From Callorhinchus milii (taxonomy: Eukaryota): a stretch of DNA of 64,000 bases. The DNA is taken from NCBI RefSeq assembly GCF_018977255.1, contig NW_024704743.1:30258001-30322000 (forward strand). Reading direction: 5' to 3'. The notes under the pieces were generated by a model. It did no database searches. It saw only the letters and a list, made by a program, of their open reading frames with translations, and was not told the DNA's origin. Below are positions 49,561-62,559 of this stretch, one piece after another (position 1 is the first letter of the stretch; every line of letters starts with the position of its first letter). Position numbers and translations under genes: made by a program.

Positions 49561-50618
49561 ATGTTTTCATTGGAGGAGCAAAGACTGGCACTAATACAAT
49601 ATGTCATAGAACCATAGAACATTACAGTGCAGAAAAAGGCCATCCGGCCCATTGTATCTGTACTGGCACTTAAAGCGCAATCAATCCAATCTCTGTCATT
49701 TTAACATACATCAGTCAATTGCTTATCTTTGGATACCTATCTAGTTCCTTTTAGAAAGCTAATATGGATCCTGCTTTGACTACCACTCTACATCCAAACA
49801 ACATCAGCATAATCGTATGTGCCGAACTCATTCCAGACAATTTGCCTTTGCTAAATATCTCAACTGGATCGAATGGCCTCCTGATGTGTCATAGATTTCT
49901 GTGTTCGGTAAATAATAAAACTTGCAGGATTACCGCACATACATGATTTACTTCCAGAATTCTTGAAAAATCCGATTATGTTAAAAGAAAATACTGCTGA
50001 TGAGACTCTATTACTGTTTTAGGCTGGAATAGATGCCTGGCCCATCTCACCTACCAATTGAAGTTCCAACAAATGGACTATTTCTGTTTCAGAAGAATAG
50101 ACTGAAGATATCTGGTTTACATTTTAGAAATCTCCAGGGACCTCTCTCAGCCCTGGACTTTCTGGCCAGATGCTAAACAGGTAACAACCTATTTGTGACT
50201 ACCCAATCACTTGAGTATGCTGTACACTTCTCACCCGTGAGTGAGCCGAAAGTATCATCTCCAGTCTGTTGATTCGATTTCAATTATTTAGTGCTTGTCT
50301 GGCTACGGTAACACTGCCATGGAGCGAAAGGATTTTAGACTGAAGCAGAATATTTCTGAATATGTTACAATAAACACATAGAACGACAGATCAGAATATA
50401 GAATGTTACAGCACTGAAACAGGCCATTCAAGCCGTTCTGTCTGCTTTTCTCTACAAACCACTCAGTTTAATCCATTTGGCTACTCACTCTACATAAACT
50501 TTAGTGTTCATCTTGTTCATTAGCATTAGCTGCCACAATCAAAGGGATCAGGGCACCTTGTAAAACCACAAGAGCAAATTTTGCAATGGTTGAAAATAAT
50601 TTCTGAAAACAGGATTTT

Positions 50619-50893
50619 GTGGAGTTCTGTAGCTCAGTGGTTTGCTTTGCAAGCGAGAGACCTGAGTTCAATTCCAGGCAGAGGGCGAAACCGTGGGCAA
50701 TTTTCCTTACTCCACACGCCTAATAATAATCCCTCCAAAACCCAAAACAATAATAAATTGGTCATTTTCAATCTACGACTGTTTGTGGGACATTGCTGTG
50801 CGCAATTGGCTGCCGCGTTCGCCCACAAATATACAGTCAATTCACTTTACAGTGTGTTCTGTGAAGCGCTTTGGGACGTCCTCCCGACGTGAA
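50619..50893 (+). mobile_element. Young tRNA-derived SINE, short form, tail truncated
   Basis: Very similar to 8498-8816; ends gggacgtcctcccgacgtgaa. Confidence 0.9.
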
Positions 50894-50897
50894 TGTG

Positions 50898-51289
50898 TAA
50901 TAATAAACCTTCGATTTGATATAGCACCTTATCACATTGGCCAAACAGCTCACAGGATTTACTGTAAAGTGGAGTGACTACATATTTATAGAGCACAACA
51001 GTCAATTTGCACACAACAATGTCCCCAAAACAGCAATGGGGTGAATGAATAATCTCATGTGGAGGATTGTTGGCCAGGACACAGTGAGAAATTCCCTTCT
51101 CTTTTTGAATAGTGTCACAGGATCTTTCGCGTCCATCTGAATAGGCAGACATGACCTTAGTTTATCATCTCTAGCGCCTTATCACATTGGCAAAACAATG
51201 CACAGGATTTACTGTAAAGTGGAGTGACTACATATTTATAGGGGAACACAACAGTCAATTTGCACGCACAGGATTTACTGTAAAGTGGA
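50898..51289 (-). mobile_element. Deu-domain SINE fragment with local duplications
   Basis: ttggccaggacacagtgagaaattcccttctc...gtgtcacaggatctttcgcgtccatctgaataggcagac; 50922-51012 is repeated at 51172-51264. Confidence 0.78.
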
Positions 51290-51741
51290 AGAGAGAAGTA
51301 GATAATTATTTGGGGAGGACAAATTTGCAGGGCTATGGGGAGACTCGGAGATGAGAGTGCCAGGACCGACTGAGCCAAGGAAGAGGAAAAATGTCACCCA
51401 CAAATGAATCCATGCAGGTACGTCATGTGAAATCTGACAGGGAGAAATGATAAAGCAAGCTGCAGGTTTCAAGTGAAAGTGCCTCGCTCTAGCTTTTTTG
51501 GGAGCCATCAGCTTCAGCAGTCATGCAAAAACTTTCCAAGATTTCCTGTCAAATGTCACAGCGATTAAAATGATAAAGATAAATACACTTTCATAGCTGT
51601 CACTCAGGAATATTTATTGAAGTTCACACGAGAATTACCACATCTGTACGTATATGCAGGATGGTAAGTGATTAACCCTTTGTTGGGAGGCTTGTTTTGT
51701 TCCGTGTGCTCTATTTCGTGCATTTTTGCCGTGGGTTATAT

Positions 51742-51960
51742 AAGAACATAAGAATTGTGAGGCGGAAGATGAACAAGGTCCATCCAATTTGCCTTCCACC
51801 ATCCTGGCAGCTGCATGCACATGTCATGTACCAAACTATATACTGGACCCCAAGATATTATTTCCTAAAAGAAATCTATCTTATTTGCTTTCGAAAGAAT
51901 CAACACTTTCTGTTTCCACTGTCTCCCAAGGAAGCCTGTTCCAACATTTGCTACTTACTC
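51742..51960 (-). mobile_element. CR1-type 3' end
   Basis: aagaacataagaattg...ggtccatccaatttgccttcc...aaagaatcaacactttctg...gcctgttcca; reverse complement of the 43785-44086 type. Confidence 0.7.
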
Positions 51961-52000
51961 CGTTAGAGGCATTTAGTGAATTTGTCCCTTTGTGCTTATA

Positions 52001-52130
52001 AATAATGATAATATTAATAATAATAATCCTTGCATTTGATATAGCGCCTTATCACATCTTCGAGATGTCTCAAAGCGCTTCACAGGATTCACTGTAAAGT
52101 ATAGTGACTGTGTGGTTTGTGGGTGAAACC
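52001..52130 (-). mobile_element. SINE tail fragment
   Basis: aataatccttgcatttgatatagcgccttatcacatcttcgagatgtctcaaagcgc. Confidence 0.88.
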
Positions 52131-55100
52131 AAAATGTAATTTGTAGTTATATATAGTGTGGCATTATAAGTGTAAAGCTAAATGGCACATGTAAAATTCA
52201 GTTGTACGCATAAAAGTTATATAAAAGCCACAGGGACAAACCAAGTAAAGTCTGTGGTGAGCAGAGTAGGACTTTGTTCATAGCAATGCTTTCACTACTG
52301 TAAGGGGACAGAGCTCAACAATGCCTCATCTTGCAGTGGCTTTTTCAACATATTGATATCGTCCTTGTTTTGGAGTTATCTAATAATAAATGCCGTGAAA
52401 GAGTTCAGTGACACATTCAGAGTATCCGCTCGAGACACTTCAGAGCAGGACAGTGAAGGCTTTTCAGTTGGTGAAAGAATGCTTTCCTTTCAGAGTTTGC
52501 ATTTTGTGCAGACGTTGAATCCCTCAAGGGGTTAAAGCGCCAACTGTGGGCTCAGTGGAAAGCAACCAGGTGCATGTAATCCAATACAAAAAAAATTACA
52601 TTCAATCTTTTTTTATACTTCATTAAAATCCTCGCAAAATTACCCATTATTAGCATTTTGTTTTACAAAAAAAGAGGGCAGGATACAATTTAGCAAGAGC
52701 TTCATTTTGCTGAGGAACTATAATCATTGAACAGTCATTCTGGTGGAGAGGCTCCTGAAGTGCTGTGCCTCCGGTAGACAGAGGCGATTTTATAATTATG
52801 GCATTCATCTTCTGAATAATACAAGTGCTGTGAATGGCTCAGGCAGGCTCTGAAATTAGACAGCGTGTTTATGGGGACCGAGCCATCTGAAAAGTGGGAA
52901 GCGGGGAGGCTTATTGCACAGAAACAGGCTTTGGGAACTAGGCCAACTGTGAAGAGCATGTGCAGGGTGACTGAATAGGCGAGCAGCAGGCCAGCCCATA
53001 TGTCAGGCTGCACCACAAAGAGCTCTCTGCACATCTACCATGACAAACAGGATTGCTGAAGACAATTAATCTGGCACGCTTTATCAAAATCAAGCACTGA
53101 CCCCCCAACCTCCTCCCTCAGCGTGCAGCAGATGCCACGCTCCGATTCAATAGAGCTCAAGTGTTCCCTTTCCTTGAAAAGGATCCAGGGCTCTCACACG
53201 GCCCAAATAATACTGGCGCGGACTAATTGCGTCCGATGTCTGAGGGTGACAGTAACTAATCAAATAAGATGAGCTCACCTTTCTTAAACTGCGAGTGGAA
53301 AAGGCTGGCTGCTGCTTCCCATCAGCTGCCAAATAAAGTGAATTGCACCAATTTTGCTTTTCTTGTGTTTGTGTGTGTGTGTGGTGTGTGTGGGGGTGGG
53401 GAGGTGGGAGTGTTGTGGTGTGGGTTGGCTGTCTAGCAGAAAGTTTTGTGTTAGCCAGAGCTCAGGGGTCTTTGGAACAACAGCACCTTTCAGTGGTTGG
53501 TAATGATCTCCCACTCCCCCCACCTTTTTAAAGTATGCATTTGGTGCGTTGCATTTATACACAGGCACCAGGAAAACTGCTGACTCCCAATGGAGACTGT
53601 AACAATTGTCTGGAGGTGTCTGACTCACATTAAAGCTCACTTCTGAGAATTTATTCTATGTCTGCGGGTGAAGCAGACAGCCGCACTAACTCTGAGGGTT
53701 TGAGTTTTATACAACTGAAAGCCACAAAGGAGTTTTCTGACTCTGTAATATCTCAGAATGCAAACGCTTTAATGTGAGGCAGCATGCTGCATAAATAGAC
53801 AGGAGTTCAGAGATAATCACTAAATTATTAAATTCAGATAGCCGTTATTGGAATGCATAAATAATTAACCACAGCTGATTTACTGCTATTTTCTGCCAGG
53901 TTCACAGACAGCAGTGATGGAATCCCTGTAAGATCAAGCATGTCAGACATACAGAGAACACTGACCAATTTCTGTCACACAAAACTTTGAGAAAAACAAT
54001 AAGAACATCTTCTAAGCACTAAAAATTTTCAAAGTTGTCTGAAGTTGGAGGCATGGAGTCAGTGGATCTAAATGGATTTTCAAGCGCTCCAAAAAGCTGC
54101 CCTGCGTGAAGGGTGCTATATAAATGGAAGTTGTTGTTGCTGTTTCACAAACTGCACTCCTGGTGACAGTTGCAGTTTTGATTGCAGCCATGATTTTTGC
54201 TTTTGCCCTGTTTCTGGTAGAGCAGAACATGGCTCCAAAATAGTCTTTACTGGGTTTGGGAACAAGGTTTCTGTTAGTGAATCTTTCAATGATTTGTTTA
54301 ATGAATCTTTTAGTCAATCCAACAGTTCCAGTACCAAAAGGGAACTCACAATTGCACAGAGAGAATTTAAGAAAGCTATATCTAGTTCCCATTGGGTTAC
54401 TGAGAGATGCAATGATACAGTACCATAGTTTCAATTTAAATTTTGGTCTCAAGAATTTTTAAAAATGGTGTAAAAATGTATTGCCCTCTTACCTCAGGTT
54501 CCAGTTGCTAAAATATATTTAATGTGACAATAAAATATTATAATGTATTTATCTATGGGGATTTTTGCTTATTAGTCATAACAGCAAAGACCAGGTGGGA
54601 CTTTTTCAAATTATAGAATCAAAGAAATTTCAGTACAGGAGGAGGCTATCAACCATGGTGCATGAACTGTACTATCTCCCGCACTGAAGCTATCTCCTCT
54701 AATGAACAAACAGACATTACATGATGCTGTAATGTGTTGTTAGGGGCACTGACTCACAGTTTGAGTGCGGTATGTCTGCATTAGTCACAAAAACAATCCA
54801 CAGTCTTGAAGGTGACATCCATTCGACTCAATAGCCTTATTTGGACATATTTTTTCCATGTTGGTTGTTAAAGCCTTCAGAATTGAAGACGACACAAAAA
54901 AGTTGAAAGTTTTATTAATGGGAATCAGGAACAGTGCAAAGCATTTGAGGCACTAATGAAGAACAGTTCATGTTATTGATACATATAATCTTACAAAATT
55001 GATATTAGGAGGAATATATTGTGGTAAAAGCTATTGGGTACAGAGTTGTGTTTCACTGATGCTCATATTGTTTTAGATTTTATTTTTCTTAATTTTTTAA

Positions 55101-55365
55101 ATTTGTCTTGAGGGCTTAGCTTGTTAGGTAAAGAAATGATAAGAAATTGCTAAGAGCAATATCAGTAGGGGGTCATCAAACCTTCCCAGCGTAGGAATGA
55201 CTACTGCAGGGGCAAAGATCAGTGCAGCTGTAGTATCTTAATGGTTAGAACAAGTACAAGTGGAGAAAAACATGGCACAGTTACAAATGGGGGCAAGGGG
55301 TATTCAATCAGACCCATTGTAACCTGGTGGTTTAGGGTCATAAAATCAGACCCCATGTTATAATG

Positions 55366-55608
55366 CAGTGGTGGCCAACATGCACCGGTGCATTATAACA
55401 TGGGGTCTGATTTTATGAACTCAACCTTTATGGATGGCTAACAAAATACATTTTCTCAATTGAATATTTCTTGATTTACGCTGTAAATCAAAAAATATTT
55501 AATCAAGAAAAAACTGAAAATACCCTACCAATGGAACACAGACTCGTGCAAATGTTTGGGGGTCACTTCTTGATAGCCCTGCGGAGGGCCACAGATTGAT
55601 CACCACTG
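55366..55608. mobile_element. Non-autonomous hAT-like DNA transposon (243 bp)
   Basis: TIRs cagtggtggccaa and ttgatcaccactg (11/13), with 8-bp flanks ttataatg and ttaaaatg (7/8). Confidence 0.65.
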
Positions 55609-56119
55609 TTAAAATGGGTCGCAGCGTTCAGGAAATAACCAGCCAATCTCATGAGCATTCCCAGTGTTTTCCGACACACACTTAAGTGCTGGGACGCCTG
55701 CTGTGCCTGCATGCAATGCTCAGGGACTTGGCCAGTTAGTACCAGAAGCTGGAAGTGTATCACACTTCTGATACACTGCTGCTCCGTGGTAACCCAGTGT
55801 ACACTAACTTGTGTTATACAGAAGTACACTATAATGGGAGCTGATGTATTTCAAATATAAAGTCTTGAAACAAGTTACAGAAAGTGCTTTCAATTCCCTA
55901 TCAGCAGTATCCAACGTAAGGCTTGTTATTATACTCCAACAGGAGTCCAACCATCCAACAGTCAATGAACAAGAACAATCTAAAGTGGAGCATAAACAAG
56001 CTATCTAAGGCTAACAATGGACAAATACACCCACGGGAGTGTAACAGAACATGTCAATGAAAGTCCGTTTCACAGAAACTCACTAAGACTGAAGACAGAT
56101 GTAGTTTGGGAAAAGAATT

Positions 56120-56263
56120 ACTTCCTTGTGCGCAAACTGACTGCCACATTTCGCCCAGAAAATACACAGTCAAGCCACTTTACAGTGTATCCTGTGAAGT
56201 GCTTTGAGATGTCTTGATGACGTGATAAGGCATTGGATCAAACACAAGGATTCTTATTATTAT
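56120..56263 (+). mobile_element. SINE tail fragment
   Basis: gtgcgcaaactgactgccacatttcgcccag...tgacgtgataaggc...ttattattatt. Confidence 0.8.
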
Positions 56264-56887
56264 TGGTATCAATTGCAGAATGCTGCCTGTATTTTAAGTG
56301 AGAGAGAGAGAGTCAGGATTGATGGGAATGAACACCATAAAGACCACTCAAAGAACCCATTCGAGACCTGGAGAAAGGGGATTTTAAAACAGTGCTGAGG
56401 TTAGAATTATTATTGCTGTAGTCTGTCATGGCATCACATTTATATAAAGAACGTTGCTTCTTTAAGCACTCGGAAATTAAAATGAAATGTTGATCAATTG
56501 GAAATGGTAAAAAACATTCTATGGAAGATGAAACCGCATTTTGCTTCTGACTTTGGAGTGGAATTTTGCTCTTGATCTAAAATCCCAGGTCAGACTGCCT
56601 CTCCATCTCTTTAAAGCACTTTGAGATCTTCCCCTATGTGAAAGATGCCATCTAAGTGTAATTTTTTATTGTAGATTATGTTAGAGTGTTGGCTCATGTT
56701 TGCGTAATATTATCACAATGAAAACAACACTTTCTGCTCTTTTGCAAGTGCAACAATTGCCAAACACATTAGGAAAACATTCCCTTACCAGCGTCGTCAT
56801 TGGTTCAGTTTTTTTTATTAAAGGAAATCTGAAAGGAATTAGGATGCACCTTCATATCCTTTTTTTGTTATTGTTGCATTTCTGTTA

Positions 56888-57475
56888 AAACAACAACCAC
56901 AAAATTACATTTATAAAGCGCCTTTCACGTCGGGAGGACATCCCAAAGCGCTGAACAGTCAGATGTCGGAGCCCGAGCATGGGGGAGGGGTGGTGTAGGG
57001 ATAAGGGAAGGCTGAGAGGTGGGAGGGTGACCAAAGGCACGATTGAAAAGAAGGGTCTTGAGACTGGCCTTGAAGGAGGCAAGGGAGGAAGTAAGGTGAA
57101 GGGACCATGGGATGGAGTTCCAGAGTGTGGGGGCAGAGAGACTGAAAGCCCGGCCACCGATGGTAGGGCGGGTCGGGCGGGAGACATGGAGCAGGCCAGA
57201 GCCCGCTGAACGCAGGGAGCGGGCAGGCTGGTAGGGAGTCAGCAGCTCAGAAAGGTAGGAGGGGGCAAGGCCATGGATGGCCTTGAAAGTGAGGACGAGG
57301 ATCTTGAACTCGATTCTCTGGGGGATGGGGAGCCAGTGAAGTTGGGCGAGGGTGGGAGTGATGGGGTCGCAGAGCCTGGTGCGTGGGAGTTCATGAGCTG
57401 CAGAGTTTTGGATGATCTGCAGCTTGTGAAGGAAAGAGTTGGGAAGGCCTATGAGGAGGGAGTTCCCGTAATCGT
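56888..57475 (-). mobile_element. L2 LINE 3' end
   Basis: Colinear with 58563-59165 (gaggatcttgaactcgattctctgggggatggggagccagtg; gagctgcagagttttggatg). Confidence 0.9.
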
Positions 57476-58562
57476 TACAAAGTTTCTTTAAAAAAAGTTT
57501 TTGTTAAGAAGTGAACAGTGATAATACAAGCATTGCTTTGAGGAGTTAGTGAGCTGGACAGTCTGAGAAAGTTCAACTTAGATGCATCCATTAAGCCTCG
57601 GTACTTCTGTCCATTCTCAATGCACATGCTAATGCAGCTCACTTGCTCAGCTTCAGTGTTTTTTCCAAGCCAACGAGAAGATCAGCATAAACTGATCAAA
57701 CAAAAATATTCGAACACCAAGACTGATGAAAAAAACATATGACTGTTACTTAGAAGTCTCTGGAATGCAGTTGAAAAGAGGCTGTGATATTGACACTTTT
57801 TAAGAATCTAATAAGATGTCTGGACTGATTGAGTCCACATTTGCTCTAAATACATCTTTGGAGCAAATGAACAGATCTTGCAAACGCTAATTGAACATGA
57901 TTGCTAAAGTTTGACTATTTCAATCTGCAGTGCTCGCATGCAAAGCCCTGGAGCAAAGCTATCAATTCACTGTCCTATTTGAAGCACATAGTCAGGAGAG
58001 CATGTGCTGCCTCGAAGGCCAGCAAGGTGTTTGGGGGTCATTGTTTCAGTTCAGATGCCGCAATCAACACCTTTGGGATTGTTTCAAATGGTCATTGTAG
58101 GCAGGTGGTATTTTGAGTTGAGTTTTGATGTGTTGCTGCGTCAGTGACACTGGCTTAATTGATAGGCCATGTCATGAATCAAGTGGTGGTCTCACCTCCC
58201 AAAACACTATGCTGGCTACTGTACCCTGAGGTGAAGCCTCAGTCAGTTTTAGGAGGCAGCATTGCTGGAGACAGCAGAGGAAGCAGTCGATGACTGGGGT
58301 AGGATTGCCTCTCTGACAACAACATTCAGCATCTGGGGGCAGACAGGTTAAAGTGACTGGCTGTGCCAATATATTAACCCAATACCATGGAGGTGACACT
58401 GTGGGGTCCACAAACCTTGGCTCTTGCCGACCTGCAACTAATGCTTTCCGAAATTAGGTAAGCAGGATGCGTCCCTCCAAGAAGTTGGAAATTTCAAATA
58501 CCTCTAGAATTTCCGTGCATATGTGGGATGCATGGAATTATTCTTGCTTTGGATAATCTTAA

Positions 58563-59860
58563 CAACAACAACAACAAGATTTCATTTAAAGAGCGCCTTT
58601 CACGTCGGGAGGACGTCCCAAGGCGCTGGACAGTTGGGTCAGGACCTGAACAGGGGGGAAATGGTCAGGGTGAGGGGAGGAAAGGGAGAGAGCGAGGAGG
58701 GGGTAGAGAGTCGAGAGGGGAGCTGAAGGCACGGTCAAAGAGAAAGGTCTTGAGACCGGCCTTGAAGGAGGAAAGGGAGGAAGCAAGGCGAAGGCACTGG
58801 GGGATGGAGTTCCAGAGCCTAGGGGCTGAGAGGCTGAAGGCCCGGACACCGATGGTAGGGCGGTTGGGGCGGGGGATGTTGAGCAGACCGGAGCCACAGG
58901 AACGGAGGGTACAGGCTGGTAAGTAGGGGGATAGTAGGTCGGAGAGGTAGGAGGGAGCAAGGCTGTGAATGGCCTTGTAGGTGAGGATGAGGATCTTGAA
59001 TTCGATCCTCTGGGGGATGGGGAGCCAGTGGAGGCGAGCGAGGGTGGGAGTGATGTGGTCGCGAAGCCTGGTGCGGGACAGTACACGAGCTGCAGAGTTC
59101 TGAATGACCTGCAGCTTGTGGAGGGAGGTGGCGGGAAGGCCGGCGAGGAGAGAGTTCCCATAGTCCAGCCTTGAGGTGACAAAGGCGTGGACCAGAGTTT
59201 CAGCAGCGTGAGGGGTGAGGTAGTGCCGTAGTCTGGCGATGTTTCGGAGGTGATGGAAGGCGGTGCCAGTTGTGGTACGGATGTGAGGAAGAAAGGACAG
59301 CTCAGGGTCGAACAGAACACCGAGGTTCCTGATTGGCTTTGAGAGGTGGAGAGTGCAGCCTTGGATGCTGATGCTGTCAGCGCCTGAGGTGCGGAGGCGC
59401 TGACGTGAGCCAATCAGGAGGGCCTCAGTTTTGCGCACATTGAGCTGAAGAAAGTTGTCTCTCGTCCAGGACTCGATGTCGGACAGGCTGTCAGGACATC
59501 GGTGGTCGTGGAGTTGAGGGCAGAGGAGGAAAGGTAGAGTTGGGTGTCATCCGCATACATGTGGAAATTAACCCCATGTCTGCGGATGATGTCACCAATG
59601 GGGAGCATATAAAGGGTGAAGAGGAGGGGACCGAGGACAGAGACCTGAGGGACACCACACGAGACAGTGCTTGGGCAGGAGGAAAAGCCGTTTGTGGAAA
59701 CAAAATGAAGACGGTGGGAGAGGTATGACCTAAACCACTCAAGGACAGGGCCTTGAAGGTTGAGGTGGGAGGACAAGCGGTGGAGGAGGATAGCGTGGTC
59801 GACCGTATTGAATGCTGCCGATAGGTCGAGGAGGACGAGGAGGCAGGTGGAGCCCTGCAC
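58563..59860 (-). mobile_element. Young L2 LINE, 5'-truncated (1.3 kb), with TSD
   Basis: RT motifs, 3' stem-loop and (GTT)n tail; cttaa is duplicated at 58558-58562 and 59861-59865. Confidence 0.95.
58665..59860 (-). pseudogene. L2 ORF2 reverse-transcriptase remnant (truncated, frameshifted)
   Basis: [26 protein letters not shown] and [11 protein letters not shown] lie in ORF 59414-59869. KTEALLIG...RNLGVLFD...SRLDYGNSLL...LHWLPI lie in ORF 58665-59438. Frameshift near 59480. Confidence 0.92.
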
Positions 59861-61377
59861 CTTAAGCATGGTGATGGGTTATCACGTGGATCAGCCACCA
59901 TGGGTCAGCGAAAAAAAACATGGAGGTGTGAGAAGCTTTCAAGAAATCCTTTTAAATATCCTGTTGATCCATGCAAATGCCAATTGGAAGTGGATGAGGT
60001 CAGAGCAGAGTTCCTGGAAGAACATGTGACAGCTCCACTTTCTTGGAAGAAGGTCTCCACTTCCATTTGTACAAATCAGATTTCCTATTAAGAAATATCA
60101 CAAATTAGGCTACAATATGCTTTCAACCTATTAGAATCTTCCACTAAAGAATTATTATCTCGAAGGTTTTCTTTTGATTTCAATAGAAGATGTTTTGAAA
60201 TAAGATCAAAGTACTGAAAGAGTAAATCATCTGAATGAGGAGCAGATGCCATGAAAAATCACACTATTTTGAAGACGAGAAGGCAAATAAGTCACACATT
60301 TGCATATTAATTACACTTGGAGAAGCAGAAAATCATCAGCTCAAACGCAGCAATCCTCCATCACATCTGGCAGGCAGAGAGAGGGTCAAAATTAATATTA
60401 GAACCAGAAAACGTTCATCTTCAGTGTTAAAATAGTTGTAAAGTAATTGGCTCATCCCTGAAGGATCAGTCTGCATTTCTGAATATTTATATCATGGATT
60501 ACTTCAAAGGAGCACAGGGGTGGTACAAGTGCTATCAAACAAGTTGTTGCAAACAATTACCTCACATGCACAGATGTATTAGGAAGTCAAGAGATGCTTA
60601 AACTATAAAGTATCAACTAATTATAATTATTACCATGAGTTTCAAGAATATGAGAAACCTACAGCTTTCCTGTTTGTATGTCTTACGTCACTAGCGTTTG
60701 ATTATTTTTCCCCTTTTCCAAATCTTTCTCCTGTTTTCCGCAAGTCACTGACTAGGGCTTGACACATTATGTTACCTTGCCAAAGCGGTGGATTTGCATA
60801 TATAAATCTCACCAATCACTCTCCGCAGGTTATTTGACACTGAGATCATCATAGCTAAGTTTAGGGAGCCATAAAGTGAATGACTATGCTACTGGAAGTG
60901 TGGTGGGGGGGAGGTGGGGGAGTAGGAGGGGAGTAATGCTGAACTGGCTGAGGAGCAATGTTATGTCAGAATCAAGTCAATTCCCTACCCCACTGTCTGA
61001 TACCTGAACCAGGCACTTCTGCAGTACTCCAGGGCACTGCTGATGACAGACGAGCCAGCCTGGCTCAATAGCAAAACTTGGAGGGGCAGACCAGTCATAG
61101 GGGTCAGGGATTCTTTCCGCTCAACTCCTGTTATCCCTGTGAGCTAAAGCCCTAACAGGGGTAGGTTGCCATTCAGTGCTCTCAATGGCAAGCTATGTGG
61201 TTTCAGTTGGTTGGACTCCAGCGGTATCCCAATGCATATTCTGAGATTCCCAAACTTTGGCTCTTGTACCTAATACTCTCTGGAATTAGATAAACAGGAT
61301 TCATCCCTCCAGAAACAGAGTATGCGTTCCATTCCAATAAATATCTTGAGATTTTCCACATATAGATGGGACATATA

Positions 61378-61741
61378 AGACTCCTGTCACTCAGTGGTTA
61401 GAGCACTCTTTTCGCAAGCGAGAGACCTGGCATTGATTCCCAGGCAGGGCGAAACGTTAGGCAAGTTTCCTTATTCCACACGCCTCTTTACCTAGCAGTA
61501 AGAAGGAACTGTTTGTTAGTTGATTGGTGGATTGCTTTTCCAGGGGTAATAATTCCTTAAAAAATATAATAATTTGGTCACTCAGTCCACGACTGTTTGT
61601 GGGACATTGCTCTGTGCAATTGGATCCCGCATTTTGCCCACAAAATATACATTCAATTCACTTTACAGTATATTCTGTGAAGCATTTTGGGATGTCTCAA
61701 AGACGTGATAACGTGCTATATCAAGTACAAAGATTATTATT

Positions 61742-61772
<31 letters not shown>

Positions 61773-61780
61773 TATTATTA
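61378..61780 (+). mobile_element. Young tRNA-derived SINE, long form, with expanded (TTA)n tail
   Basis: ctcctgtcactcagtggttagagcac head, complete body and about 45 bp of (TTA)n. Confidence 0.9.
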
Positions 61781-62559
61781 TATGTATAGAACTTTCAGTT
61801 TGGGTTTCATCTCTTAAACATGGTGATCGGTTGCTGAATGTGTTAGATCGCTCAATTTTATCTGGGGGTTCGTTGGCCAAAACACCCTTCATTTTTGAGT
61901 AGCACCATACAATGATTAGTGTTCAGCTGATTAGGCAGAGAGGATCTCTGCTTAAAGTCTTACCTGAAGGGTTTCACCTACAATAATGCAGTATTCCTCA
62001 GGTTGTTGATTCCCATCACATTTGCAAATATCGAAAATTAGGGTGCAATGTACAGAATAAATTGTGCTTAATTCACTTGCAACACATTGAACTGCTTTGC
62101 ATATGCTATAGGTATCTTGTTAATTACTGTCTCGATGCAATGCATGAGAACACAATGCAGGTCAGGTCCTGTTTAAGTGGTGCTCGACATCTAGATGGGC
62201 TGCTTGACTGGATTCACGAAATGCAAAAAGCTATTAAAATGAAGCTCACATTTGGGAAAACACGAGGCCTCTTTTGTCAGTTCCTTTCATTCAGAGTATG
62301 AGGTGCACCAATGATACGATATAGATCTCAAGCTGTCTCGAGGCTCCTGGTTTCCACAGTTACAAACAGTAATAGTAGCGCCTTTAAAGTTCCTGACCTA
62401 ATCAGCCAAGCCTTGGGTTCAGGGCAACAGAGAAAAAAAACACAATGGAAAATAGCAAATGAACGGTCAGAACAAGAACAGGACAATAGGTGATTGAATG
62501 CAACTTTTGTGATTTGGGCACTGCTAGAATTTCTAATCCACACGTTCAATGGAAAGCTA

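Noticed and set aside
54012..54462. Overlapping 146-aa (-) and 118-aa (+) ORFs
   Set aside because: They run into an L2 tail, have no motifs and show no convincing splice signals; consistent with chance.
58586..59413. 275-aa Ser/Pro-rich ORF
   Set aside because: It is an alternative frame of the C-rich L2 sequence.
60900..60932. G-quadruplex-like G runs (also at 2890, 11385, 39642 and 53390)
   Set aside because: Low-complexity G tracts are common and there is no supporting context.
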